NCBI GenBank assembly: GCA_963793265.1
Contig: CAWBZI010000001.1
Location: 1,408,001-1,472,000, forward strand
Direction: 5' to 3'
DNA length: 64,000 nt
Source: an uncultured cyanobacterium
Lineage (GTDB): Bacteria > Cyanobacteriota > Cyanobacteriia > Phormidesmidales > Phormidesmidaceae
Shown: positions 39,302 to 48,819 of the stretch, in pieces
Layout: each line of letters begins with the position of its first letter
Numbering within the stretch: the first letter of the stretch is position 1
Translations under genes and position numbers: made by a program
Notes under the pieces: model-generated
What the model was told of the DNA's origin: nothing
Seen by the model: only the letters and a program-made list of their open reading frames with translations
The model's database searches: none

Positions 39302-39847
39302 TTAGGAGACGCGCTGGCCGAGTTGGGATAGGTTAATGGCATAGCCACTGGTGACAAGGTAAACGTCAGTTGCGATCGTCCCCACTTCACGACTCAAGGT
39401 GCCAAGGCGATCACGAAAAGTCCGACCCATCTCATACGCAGGCACCACGCCCCAGCCCGTCTCTTCAGCTACCAGCACCACATCTGCCTCAGTCTCTATC
39501 AGTGACGCCAAGAGCGATCGCTCAGCCGCGTTCCACTCCTGCGGCCCCTGCTCAATTAGGTTAGCTAGCCAGGTACCCAGCGAGTCTATGAGGAGACAGT
39601 GATTTTTTGAGTGATGTGCGATCGCCTCAGCCAGTTCAACCGGCACTTCCTCACACCGCCAATGCTCAGGACGCCTGCTAATGTGCTTCTCAATCCGCGC
39701 TTGCCACTCCACATCGTCTGCACTGGTTCGCGCCGTCGCCACGTACACGACCTGCGATCCCTTGGCGCTGGCGATCTGTTCAGTTAACCGCTCAGCCCAT
39801 TCACTTTTGCCTGAGCGGGCCGGGCCTGTCACCAAAATGATTGTCAT
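39302..39847 (-). CDS. cobU: Adenosylcobinamide kinase / cobinamide-phosphate guanylyltransferase
   Basis: TGPARSGKS, YVATA, RIEKHISRRP, LIDSL, EETGWGVVP, FRDRLG. Confidence 0.96.
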   Translation of the reverse strand: MTIILVTGPARSGKSEWAERLTEQIASAKGSQVVYVATARTSADDVEWQARIEKHISRRPEHWRCEEVPVELAEAIAHHSKNHCLLIDSLGTWLANLIEQGPQEWNAAERSLLASLIETEADVVLVAEETGWGVVPAYEMGRTFRDRLGTLSREVGTIATDVYLVTSGYAINLSQLGQRVS

Positions 39848-39866
39848 AGAATCTATAAATTATGTG

Positions 39867-39880
39867 GTAGCAGACGCTAC
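39867..39880. promoter_or_regulatory. Candidate NtcA site GTA-N8-TAC (GTAGCAGACGCTAC)
   Basis: Matches the consensus with an extended GTAGC/GCTAC dyad in the cobU-ycf65 divergent spacer. Confidence 0.45.
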
Positions 39881-39956
39881 AGCTATGAACTAAATGCTAT
39901 TATAGGCAACTGTAGTTTTGCCCGCTGTAGGGTTTGCAATTGGAGGTTTTTGCTTA

Positions 39957-40325
39957 GTGGCTGCTGTAGATTCTACAAATGAACAAATTGAGCCGAATGA
40001 ACAAACCGGGCCACCCATTGAGTCGGATGCTCGATTCATTTTAAAGGTGCTTTGGTTAGATAAAGACGTTGCCTTAGCCGTCGATCAGGTTGTGGGTAAA
40101 GGCACGAGCCCTCTCACTTCATACTTTTTCTGGCCCCGTAACGACGCCTGGGAACAGTTGAAGACTGAAGTTGAGTCTAAGTCTTGGATTACGGACGAAG
40201 AGCGCGTTGAGCTGCTTAACAAAGCCACTGAAATCATCAACTATTGGCAGGAAGAAGGTAAGTCTAAGCCGATGAGCGAGGCGCAAAGTAAGTTTCCTGA
40301 AGTTGCCTTCACCGGTAGCTCATGA
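39957..40325 (+). CDS. ycf65: 30S ribosomal protein PSRP-3 (Ycf65)
   Basis: [19 protein letters not shown]...[18 protein letters not shown]...INYWQE; GGAGG RBS before GTG at 39957. Confidence 0.95.
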   Translation: MAAVDSTNEQIEPNEQTGPPIESDARFILKVLWLDKDVALAVDQVVGKGTSPLTSYFFWPRNDAWEQLKTEVESKSWITDEERVELLNKATEIINYWQEEGKSKPMSEAQSKFPEVAFTGSS

Positions 40326-40425
40326 TCGATTTTAGGCTGGCCTGGTAGGGTCGGTATAGCGATAGAGAAACCCTTTGGCAGCGATGTCAGAGGGTTTCTT
40401 TGGTTGTTTCGTAGAGAAAATCTGG

Positions 40426-41037
40426 ATGGCAAATCCTTCGTATTGGAAAATATTTTGTAAGTGGCGCAGGGATCGCGAGGAGCTAAACCTGCTCAGACTG
40501 CCAGACAACGTGTCTTCGTCTGAGCTAGATTGCTTTGCTGAGAGGTATCGTTTGGCGCGTGCTTTCAACGGCATTAATGCAACTGGTTATGGCGATGATG
40601 CGATAGATGCCTATGGCTCAGTTATGCGCGCATTCCTTGCATATAGTGCGCTAGAGCAGTTTCATAAGGCTGTGAAGCCGGTTCCTAGCAAGCAGCATTT
40701 GAGTGAGCGGTGGGCTGGTATGGCGATCGCGCCCGCTGAAAACCTCAGAGATGCTGACGCGGTGCTTCAGTACCTACCTCAAGCTGTCAGCAATAAAAAG
40801 CTAAGAGACAAGCTCATTGCTTTTAGAAAAGGTGAACACGACAACTGCCTAATCGTGGCAACCGCGCTCAGACACGCCGTCGCGCATGGTTTCATGAGCT
40901 TTCATCCCGAGGGCACACCTGCTAGAGTCTCAAAAGTTTTCTGCGATCAGCTAACCCGTATGCTCTTATCGATTGCAGATCTCTCTTTTATAGACTTGCT
41001 AGATACGTTGAATATTGAATTTGGTTCTAGTGAATAA
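40426..41037 (+). CDS. Hypothetical protein with HEPN-like motif
   Basis: AYSALEQ and LRHAVAHG (R-x4-H); helical composition; start uncertain (40375 or 40426). Confidence 0.65.
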   Translation: MANPSYWKIFCKWRRDREELNLLRLPDNVSSSELDCFAERYRLARAFNGINATGYGDDAIDAYGSVMRAFLAYSALEQFHKAVKPVPSKQHLSERWAGMAIAPAENLRDADAVLQYLPQAVSNKKLRDKLIAFRKGEHDNCLIVATALRHAVAHGFMSFHPEGTPARVSKVFCDQLTRMLLSIADLSFIDLLDTLNIEFGSSE

Positions 41038-41135
41038 AAAGGCTTTCTCCTGACGCAAGCGATATATAGAACACTAAAAACTACTAAGTTGTAGCGCTGC
41101 TATTCTCTAGTCGCTTGAACAACGCCACGCCCGAA

Positions 41136-41465
41136 CTATTCTGCAAACATCTCTGCTAAAACAGACAGCACCTTCTTCTGAGTAGTCTTACTAAGCTTCC
41201 CTAGCTTCTTCACCAGTCGGGACTTATCTACAGTTCTAATTTGATCCAAAACTACCTGCCCCCTTTTACCCTCAAACTGGCAGCTAACGCGCATAGGATA
41301 ACTGCGTCCGCCCGTCGTCATCGGCGCTACAATCACCGTTGATAGATGGGGATTGAGCTGATCGGGCGAAATCACGACACATGGTCGGGGCTTTTGAATT
41401 TCAGAACCCACTGTTGGATCTAGCCGTACGAGAAAAACGTCAAACCGTCTGACTACCATTCCCAC
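41136..41465 (-). CDS. mazF: MazF/PemK toxin
   Basis: LDPTVGSEIQKPRPCVVISPD, VAPMTT, DQIRTVDKSRL. Confidence 0.93.
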   Translation of the reverse strand: MGMVVRRFDVFLVRLDPTVGSEIQKPRPCVVISPDQLNPHLSTVIVAPMTTGGRSYPMRVSCQFEGKRGQVVLDQIRTVDKSRLVKKLGKLSKTTQKKVLSVLAEMFAE

Positions 41466-41701
41466 TCAGATTGATCCCAGTCGGTTGCGACGGTTCCATC
41501 TAAAAGCTTATCGTCTCCATTCTCTGCCATTTCTATGCAGGCTTCCTCCCATCCTTCTCTTGGCCGAGATGTCGGGCGAATCATCAAGCACCCATCCTTA
41601 ACGGCAAGTTCTACTTCTGAGTGAAGGCCGCACTGTTCTATAAGAATCTTGGGGATACGTACGCCTTGAGAGTTTCCTATCTTAACGACCTTTGTAATCA
41701 C
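41453..41701 (-). CDS. mazE: AbrB/MazE antitoxin
   Basis: KVVKIGNSQGVRIPK, PREGWEE, DKLL; GTG at 41701 likely. Confidence 0.9.
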   Translation of the reverse strand: MITKVVKIGNSQGVRIPKILIEQCGLHSEVELAVKDGCLMIRPTSRPREGWEEACIEMAENGDDKLLDGTVATDWDQSEWEW

Positions 41702-41738
41702 TGCATTGCCTATTCTGTTTACAATGTTTATGCTAGCA

Positions 41739-41757
41739 GTAATTACATTGTAGTTAC
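41739..41757. promoter_or_regulatory. Candidate MazEF operator palindrome GTAATTACATTGTAGTTAC
   Basis: Near-perfect dyad directly upstream of mazE. Confidence 0.5.
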
Positions 41758-41889
41758 AATAGGAAGAGCAAGAGCCTAAATTACTCATCCAAATGGCCCT
41801 GTGGGTGACCCATACCGAGATTTGAAAACGCTTGCAAGTCCTCCTTACTGGCTTGACCCGCTAAAATAGGCAGAATCATATTCACTTCA

Positions 41890-42168
41890 ATGGAGGCTGG
41901 AATGAGCATACCTTTAACACCCGAACTAGAGAGGTTTGTCCAAACACAGGTGGAAAGCGGGAGGTACTCGTCAGCAACAGAAGTAGCCATAGCAGGAATT
42001 GCGATGCTAAAAAGCATTAACAGACTATATCAGGGTCGATATGAGGAGCTGAAAGATAAAGTTATGGAAGGGATGGCCGCTGCCGATAAAGGGGAACTTA
42101 TCGATAGCGAAACCGTTTTCAAAACCTTACAAGATAGACTGGATCAAAAGCGTCAGAATGCTTCATGA
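41890..42168 (+). CDS. parD: ParD-family (CC2985-like) antitoxin
   Basis: LTPELERFVQTQVESGRYSSATEV...GELID. Confidence 0.9.
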   Translation: MEAGMSIPLTPELERFVQTQVESGRYSSATEVAIAGIAMLKSINRLYQGRYEELKDKVMEGMAAADKGELIDSETVFKTLQDRLDQKRQNAS

Positions 42169-42468
42169 GTAACGTCTGCCGGTTTACGTCTACAGCCAGC
42201 GGAGATCTTGAAGCAATTATTAGACTATGTAGCAGAGCAGGCAACTGTTGAGACGGCTGAAGCTGTGCTGATCAAAGTCAATAAAAAGTGTCAACGCTTG
42301 GCTATCTTTCCGAACAGCGGACAGCGGCGCGACGAACTATCCTATGGGGTTAGAAGCGTCCCTGTAGATAACTATTTAATCTTTTATCGTCCTACTTCGT
42401 CTGGTGCTGATATTTTACGCATTGTCAGCGGCTACCGTGACTTAAACAAATTATTTGACGACACGTAG
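42165..42468 (+). pseudogene. parE: RelE/ParE toxin carrying a one-base frameshift
   Basis: ATGA-coupled start gives MSNVCRFTSTASGDLEAI and stops at 42251; the ParE body (DYVAE...FPNSGQRR...YLIFYR...LRIVSGYRDL) is in another frame; the 304-nt span is 3n+1. Confidence 0.85.
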
Positions 42469-42478
42469 CGGCTGCACA

Positions 42479-42530
42479 AAAATACCGTCATGCTTTAAGC
42501 ATCCTAAGATACGAGCGCATAACGGTATTT
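42479..42530 (-). terminator. atpDC terminator hairpin
   Basis: AATACCGTCATGC...GCATAACGGTATT inverted repeat with a T-run on the minus strand. Confidence 0.6.
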
Positions 42531-42564
42531 CTGATTCTCAAATTTTGAAGTGGGCGCAGATCGC

Positions 42565-42981
42565 CTAAATGCTACCGCCAGCAGCCTGCAATCTAGCGCG
42601 AGCCTTCTTCAGCGCATTACCCGCTTTCAGCACCGCTACGCGATCATCCCCCGACACACTATTAGAAGCAGATTGCGCTTCTTCATAAGCCTTTTCAGCT
42701 TCGGCCTGGTCGATACTGCTACCTAGCTCAGCGCCATTCACCAGAATAGTGACTTCATCTGCTTCTACTTCAGCAAAGCCGCCCATCAGTGCGATCGCTG
42801 TCCAATCCTTACTGCCGCCCGTCGCCCGAACGCGCAAAACACCAGTATCCAGCGCCGTCAACAGCGGTGCGTGGCCACCCAAAATACCAAGCTGACCAGT
42901 GGTGCTAGGCAAAATGACTTCTTCAGCTTCGTCATCCCAGACTGTTTTATCAGGCGCAACCACGCGCACGACTAAAGACAT
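42565..42981 (-). CDS. atpC: ATP synthase F1 epsilon subunit
   Basis: [12 protein letters not shown]...[16 protein letters not shown]...[12 protein letters not shown] at 42981. Confidence 0.97.
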   Translation of the reverse strand: MSLVVRVVAPDKTVWDDEAEEVILPSTTGQLGILGGHAPLLTALDTGVLRVRATGGSKDWTAIALMGGFAEVEADEVTILVNGAELGSSIDQAEAEKAYEEAQSASNSVSGDDRVAVLKAGNALKKARARLQAAGGSI

Positions 42982-43056
42982 AGTTCTCTTTTGTTTTAAG
43001 TTGTTTAAAGGCCACAAGTCAGGGCCAAAACCCCTTTCCTCACAGCCTGAAGTAGA

Positions 43057-43152
43057 TCCCCTCCTCGGAGGGGCAAAGGGTGGGTTCCCGGCGTATTTGA
43101 GAACACATCGAAACCCACCCCACCCTTATCGGGCACCCCTCCGAGGAGGGGA
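43057..43152. repeat. REP/MITE-like palindromic element in the atpD-atpC spacer
   Basis: Perfect 17-bp terminal inverted repeats TCCCCTCCTCGGAGGGG / CCCCTCCGAGGAGGGGA plus inner GGGTGGGTT / AACCCACCC. Confidence 0.8.
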
Positions 43153-43178
43153 CTTTTCTCTGGCGTTATGCCTAAGAT

Positions 43179-44684
<1,506 letters not shown>

Positions 44685-44784
44685 TCAAATATGACGTTTT
44701 AAAAGTGCCATGTTTAAGATTATCACTAGATGTATCGCCTTTGGATATTTGATCTGCTAGGCTTGCGAGCTGCCGGGTCGATGA

Positions 44785-44800
44785 GTTCGGGAACCCGTAC
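44785..44800 (+). promoter_or_regulatory. K-box upstream of groESL
   Basis: GTTCGG-GAAC-CCGTAC matches the cyanobacterial K-box GTTCGG-NNAN-CCNNAC. Confidence 0.75.
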
Positions 44801-44839
44801 AGGGCTATGTATTGCTAAGAGCTACCCATTTTCGATAAG

Positions 44840-44866
44840 TTAGCACTCAACAGCAGAGAGTGCTAA
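44840..44866 (+). promoter_or_regulatory. CIRCE element (HrcA operator)
   Basis: Perfect TTAGCACTC-N9-GAGTGCTAA. Confidence 0.97.
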
Positions 44867-45041
44867 CTTTTTGTTCGTATAACGTGTAAGCCCTGCAAGG
44901 TGAGACGCACTGCCCATGATGACGGCAGCTACAGCGTTTTCATTTCAAAGTTGTCGGGCTTTTGCTATGCGGCTCTATACAAGAGTGCTCTGCATGTTCA
45001 ACTTCAGTATTTTTGATTCATCTCGGAGAACGTAATCGATT

Positions 45042-45353
45042 ATGGCAGCTATCTCTCTAGGTAATTCGACTCTTAAGCCCCTGGGCGATCGCGTCTTTAT
45101 CAAAGTCAGTGCATCCGAAGCCCAAACTGCGGGCGGCATTATTTTGCCTGACGCTGCAAAGGAAAAGCCTCAGGTTGGCGAAATTACAGCCGTAGGCCCT
45201 GGCAAAGTTGACGACAACGGCACTCGCCGCTCTATGGATGTGAGCGTCGGCGACAAAGTGCTCTACTCCAAGTACGCAGGCACTGAAATTAAGCTTGGCG
45301 ACGACGAGTACATTCTGCTTTCTGAAAAGGACATTCTGGCGACCGTTGCATAG
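45042..45353 (+). CDS. groES: Co-chaperonin GroES
   Basis: [25 protein letters not shown]. Confidence 0.99.
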   Translation: MAAISLGNSTLKPLGDRVFIKVSASEAQTAGGIILPDAAKEKPQVGEITAVGPGKVDDNGTRRSMDVSVGDKVLYSKYAGTEIKLGDDEYILLSEKDILATVA

Positions 45354-45408
45354 GCCATTTGTTCATTCCTTTAGCCTTTGAAAACCCCTACACCCCCGAT
45401 TTACAAAT

Positions 45409-47034
45409 ATGGCAAAACGCATAATCTACAACGAAAATGCCCGCCGTGCGCTTGAGCGCGGTATGGACATTTTGGCTGAGGCTGTAGCCGTAACGCTCGG
45501 CCCGAAAGGACGCAACGTCGTGCTTGAAAAGAAGTTTGGCTCTCCTCAAATCGTCAATGACGGTGTGACGATTGCCAAAGAAATTGAGCTAGAAGATAAC
45601 GTCGAGAACACAGGCGTCGCGCTGATTCGTCAGGCGGCTTCTAAAACTAACGATGCGGCTGGTGACGGTACCACGACAGCAACGGTGCTGGCTCACGCGA
45701 TTGTGAAAGAAGGTCTGCGTAACGTGGCAGCAGGTGCCAATGCGATCGCACTCAAGCGTGGCATAGATAAAGCAACGGGCTATCTGGTCGGTCAGATTGC
45801 TGATATGGCTAAGCCAGTTGGTGACTCTAGCGCGATCGCGCAAGTCGGCTCTATCTCTGCCGGTAACGATCCTGAAGTGGGCGAGATGATCGCTAGCGCC
45901 ATGGAGAAAGTAGGCCGCGAAGGCGTGATCTCCTTGGAAGAAGGCAAGTCGATGTTCACTGAGCTAGAGATCACGGAGGGGATGCGCTTTGATAAGGGCT
46001 ACATCTCTCCTTACTTCGTGACTGACCCTGAGCGCATGGAAGCGGTCTTTGACGAGCCTCAAATCCTAATTACTGATAAAAAGATTGGCTTGGTTCAGGA
46101 CTTGGTGCCTGTGCTAGAGCAGGTTGCTCGTGCCGGTCGCCCGCTGCTGATTATCTCTGAAGATATTGAGAAAGAAGCGCTAGCGACTTTGGTAGTGAAT
46201 CGTTTGCGCGGTGTGCTAAACGTTGCAGCGATTAAAGCGCCTGGTTTTGGCGATCGCCGTAAAGCGATGCTCGAAGATATCGCTGTGCTCACAGGCGGTA
46301 CTGTTATCACTGAAGACGCTGGTCTTAAGCTAGATACGGTTGAGCTTGAACAGCTCGGTTCTGCGCGTCGTGTCACCATCACCAAAGACAGCACAACTGT
46401 AGTGGCTGAAGGTAACGAAGCGGCTGTGAAATCTCGCTGCGATCAAATTCGCCGTCAGATTGAAGAGTCTGATTCTAGCTACGACAAAGAGAAGCTACAG
46501 GAGCGCTTGGCTAAGCTCTCTGGTGGTGTTGCAGTGATTAAAGTCGGTGCTGCAACTGAAACTGAGATGAAGGACCGCAAGCTTCGTTTGGAAGATGCTA
46601 TCAACGCGACTAAGGCCGCTGTTGAAGAAGGTATTGTTCCTGGCGGTGGCGCGACTTTGGCTCACCTTTCGCCGGGTTTGTCTGACTGGGCAAATTCTAA
46701 CCTTGAAGGTGAAGAGCTTGTGGGCGCAATGATTGTGACCCGCGCGCTGACTGCGCCTTTGAAGCGGATTGCTGAGAACGCCGGTCAGAATGGCGCTGTA
46801 GTTGCCGAGCGAGTGAAGGAAAAGGATTCCAGCATTGGCTATAACGCGGCGACGAATGAGTACGTGAATATGCTTGAAGCGGGGATTGTTGACCCGGCGA
46901 AAGTGACGCGCTCTGCTTTGCAAAATGCGGCTTCGATTGCGGCGATGGTGCTCACAACTGAGTGCATCGTGGTTGATAAGGCTGAAGATGACAAGGCTGC
47001 TGCGGGCGGCGGTATGGGCGACTTTGATTATTAA
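45409..47034 (+). CDS. groEL: Chaperonin GroEL (groEL1)
   Basis: [27 protein letters not shown]-terminus. Confidence 0.99.
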   Translation: MAKRIIYNENARRALERGMDILAEAVAVTLGPKGRNVVLEKKFGSPQIVNDGVTIAKEIELEDNVENTGVALIRQAASKTNDAAGDGTTTATVLAHAIVKEGLRNVAAGANAIALKRGIDKATGYLVGQIADMAKPVGDSSAIAQVGSISAGNDPEVGEMIASAMEKVGREGVISLEEGKSMFTELEITEGMRFDKGYISPYFVTDPERMEAVFDEPQILITDKKIGLVQDLVPVLEQVARAGRPLLIISEDIEKEALATLVVNRLRGVLNVAAIKAPGFGDRRKAMLEDIAVLTGGTVITEDAGLKLDTVELEQLGSARRVTITKDSTTVVAEGNEAAVKSRCDQIRRQIEESDSSYDKEKLQERLAKLSGGVAVIKVGAATETEMKDRKLRLEDAINATKAAVEEGIVPGGGATLAHLSPGLSDWANSNLEGEELVGAMIVTRALTAPLKRIAENAGQNGAVVAERVKEKDSSIGYNAATNEYVNMLEAGIVDPAKVTRSALQNAASIAAMVLTTECIVVDKAEDDKAAAGGGMGDFDY

Positions 47035-47078
47035 GTCCCTTTCGTAGGTTTCCTTTGGATTAGACGGCCAAAGGCAAG

Positions 47079-47104
47079 AGGGCGCACAGCCGTGACGCCC
47101 CTAC
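47079..47104 (-). repeat. GTAG-type REP element
   Basis: Minus strand reads GTAGGGGCGTCACGGCTGTGCGCCCT: GTAG foot plus a GGGCG...CGCCC hairpin. Confidence 0.6.
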
Positions 47105-47121
47105 GAGATATCGAAATATTG

Positions 47122-47153
47122 GGCGGTCTGTCTTCGGGCAGGTCGCCTTTTTT
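47122..47153 (+). terminator. groESL terminator
   Basis: GGCGGTCTGTC-TTCG-GGCAGGTCGCC followed by TTTTT. Confidence 0.85.
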
Positions 47154-47201
47154 GTGTGGACTGTTAGGTTGGAATGTGACGCCCCTTTACTATTTTCTTT
47201 T

Positions 47202-47780
47202 ATGTCTCCTGATGAAATTACGAAGGCTTTGAGTGATCGCTTCACGCCCCAAGCCTGCCAACACCCTTCAGACGACGCTTGGCAAGTTGATTTGGATGGC
47301 GATCGCCTCCTTGCCATTCGCCCTGGTAGCTGGCTCAAGCTCATGGTGCCGCTGATGCCCATTGCCGAAGCGCAGCCCTTTGTTTCCCAGATGATGGAAG
47401 CGAACTTTGACGATACTCAGGAGGCCCGCTACGCCTTTTATCAAAATGTCGTTTGGGGCATTTTTCAATACGACATGGAGGCCTTAGCTCTGCCTCAATT
47501 CAATAGCGCCGTCGATCGCCTGCTTGCCCTAAAAGCCAGCGGCGTAAATGCTTTTTTCAACCGCATGGTAGAAGCTCAGGTCACCCAAATTATCATCGCT
47601 TCCAAAAAGCAGGGCATGACCTTAGAAGCCACCATGAAAACCCTAGATCGCTTCTATTCAGAAGGCATGATGGGCGACATGAGTAGCTCAGAGGAGAGCA
47701 AAGGCTATCAGCAGCAGGCTTTGGACTCTTGGCGTCGTCAGCTAGAGCGGCTGTGGCCCACAATTGAAGTAGAGGAGTAA
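47202..47780 (+). CDS. YbjN/type III chaperone-like hypothetical protein
   Basis: MMEANFDDTQEARYAF...VVWGIF motif; ATG at 47202 likely. Confidence 0.7.
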   Translation: MSPDEITKALSDRFTPQACQHPSDDAWQVDLDGDRLLAIRPGSWLKLMVPLMPIAEAQPFVSQMMEANFDDTQEARYAFYQNVVWGIFQYDMEALALPQFNSAVDRLLALKASGVNAFFNRMVEAQVTQIIIASKKQGMTLEATMKTLDRFYSEGMMGDMSSSEESKGYQQQALDSWRRQLERLWPTIEVEE

Positions 47781-47786
47781 CTTACA

Positions 47787-48167
47787 GTGGCACTTGTTGA
47801 TCAGCTAAAGGAAGACTACGCCCGCTTTCCAGAAGATCAGTCATACGATCTCTATGCAGAGGACGTGCATTTCAAAGATCCTATGAATGAATTTGATGGG
47901 GTCGGTAAGTACCAAAAGATGATTGGCTTTTTAGGCTGGTTCTTTCGCGATGTGCAGATGGACTTACACCATATTGAGCAGGCTAGTCCAAAGCTAATTA
48001 CACTTGAGTGGACGCTGAATATGACGCCCCCTGTACCCTGGTCACCGCGTCTTTCAATTCCTGGAAATAGCGAGCTTGGCCTTAATGAAGCTGGACTAAT
48101 TGACTCTCATATAGATTATTGGAAGTGCTCAAGGCTTGATGTTTTGAAGCAAGTGTTTAGCCTTTAA
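47787..48167 (+). CDS. DUF2358 (NTF2/SnoaL-like) protein
   Basis: YDLYAEDVHFKDPMNEFDGV...IDSHIDYW. Confidence 0.88.
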   Translation: MALVDQLKEDYARFPEDQSYDLYAEDVHFKDPMNEFDGVGKYQKMIGFLGWFFRDVQMDLHHIEQASPKLITLEWTLNMTPPVPWSPRLSIPGNSELGLNEAGLIDSHIDYWKCSRLDVLKQVFSL

Positions 48168-48253
48168 GTATGTAGCTTCTATATAGGCCGCGTACTGAAC
48201 CGCTATAGTTATGGTGAGTTGATGCACTGAACATTCTCTCTTTAAAGATATCT

Positions 48254-48523
48254 ATGCAACTTACTTTACCGCCAGAATTAGAAGCCTTTGTTCAACGTCA
48301 GATCAGGGATGGTAAGTATCGTGACCCTATGGATTTGGTGCTCGCTGCTGTAAAACTACTTCAGGCTCAAGACGATCCTGTTGAGAAACCTTTGCATGAG
48401 CTTCAGGCGGAAGCGAAGGTCGGTTGGGATGCCTACCAAAGAGGAGAATTCGTAGATGGGCCTACAGCTTTAGCCCAAATTAAGGCTGACTTGCATAAGC
48501 ACCATCAGTCATCTAACTCATGA
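48254..48523 (+). CDS. parD: ParD-family antitoxin
   Basis: LPPELEAFVQRQIRDGKY...GEFVDG. Confidence 0.88.
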   Translation: MQLTLPPELEAFVQRQIRDGKYRDPMDLVLAAVKLLQAQDDPVEKPLHELQAEAKVGWDAYQRGEFVDGPTALAQIKADLHKHHQSSNS

Positions 48524-48819
48524 GTTTGCAGCTTCGCATTACCGAACCTGCTATTAGAGATATCAAAGATATCGCGGACTATCTCGCAGATCAATCAGGA
48601 TTAAGCCGTTCTGATCAATTTTTGTCCGCGCTAGACAGTAAACTCTCTAAAATTGCTCAGTTTCCGAACATTGGCCGCTTGAGAGATGACATTCTACCCG
48701 ATGCGCGTAGTTTGGCAGTAGAAAACTATCTAATCCTCTATAGACCTGTCGGTCAAAACATCGCGGTATTACGGGTAGTGAGTGGCTATCGCGATTTGTT
48801 ATCGCTATCTGATGATTAA
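48520..48819 (+). CDS. parE: RelE/ParE toxin (intact)
   Basis: ATGA overlap with parD; AIRDIKDIADY, FPNIGRLR, NYLILYR, LRVVSGYRDL. Confidence 0.9.
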   Translation: MSLQLRITEPAIRDIKDIADYLADQSGLSRSDQFLSALDSKLSKIAQFPNIGRLRDDILPDARSLAVENYLILYRPVGQNIAVLRVVSGYRDLLSLSDD

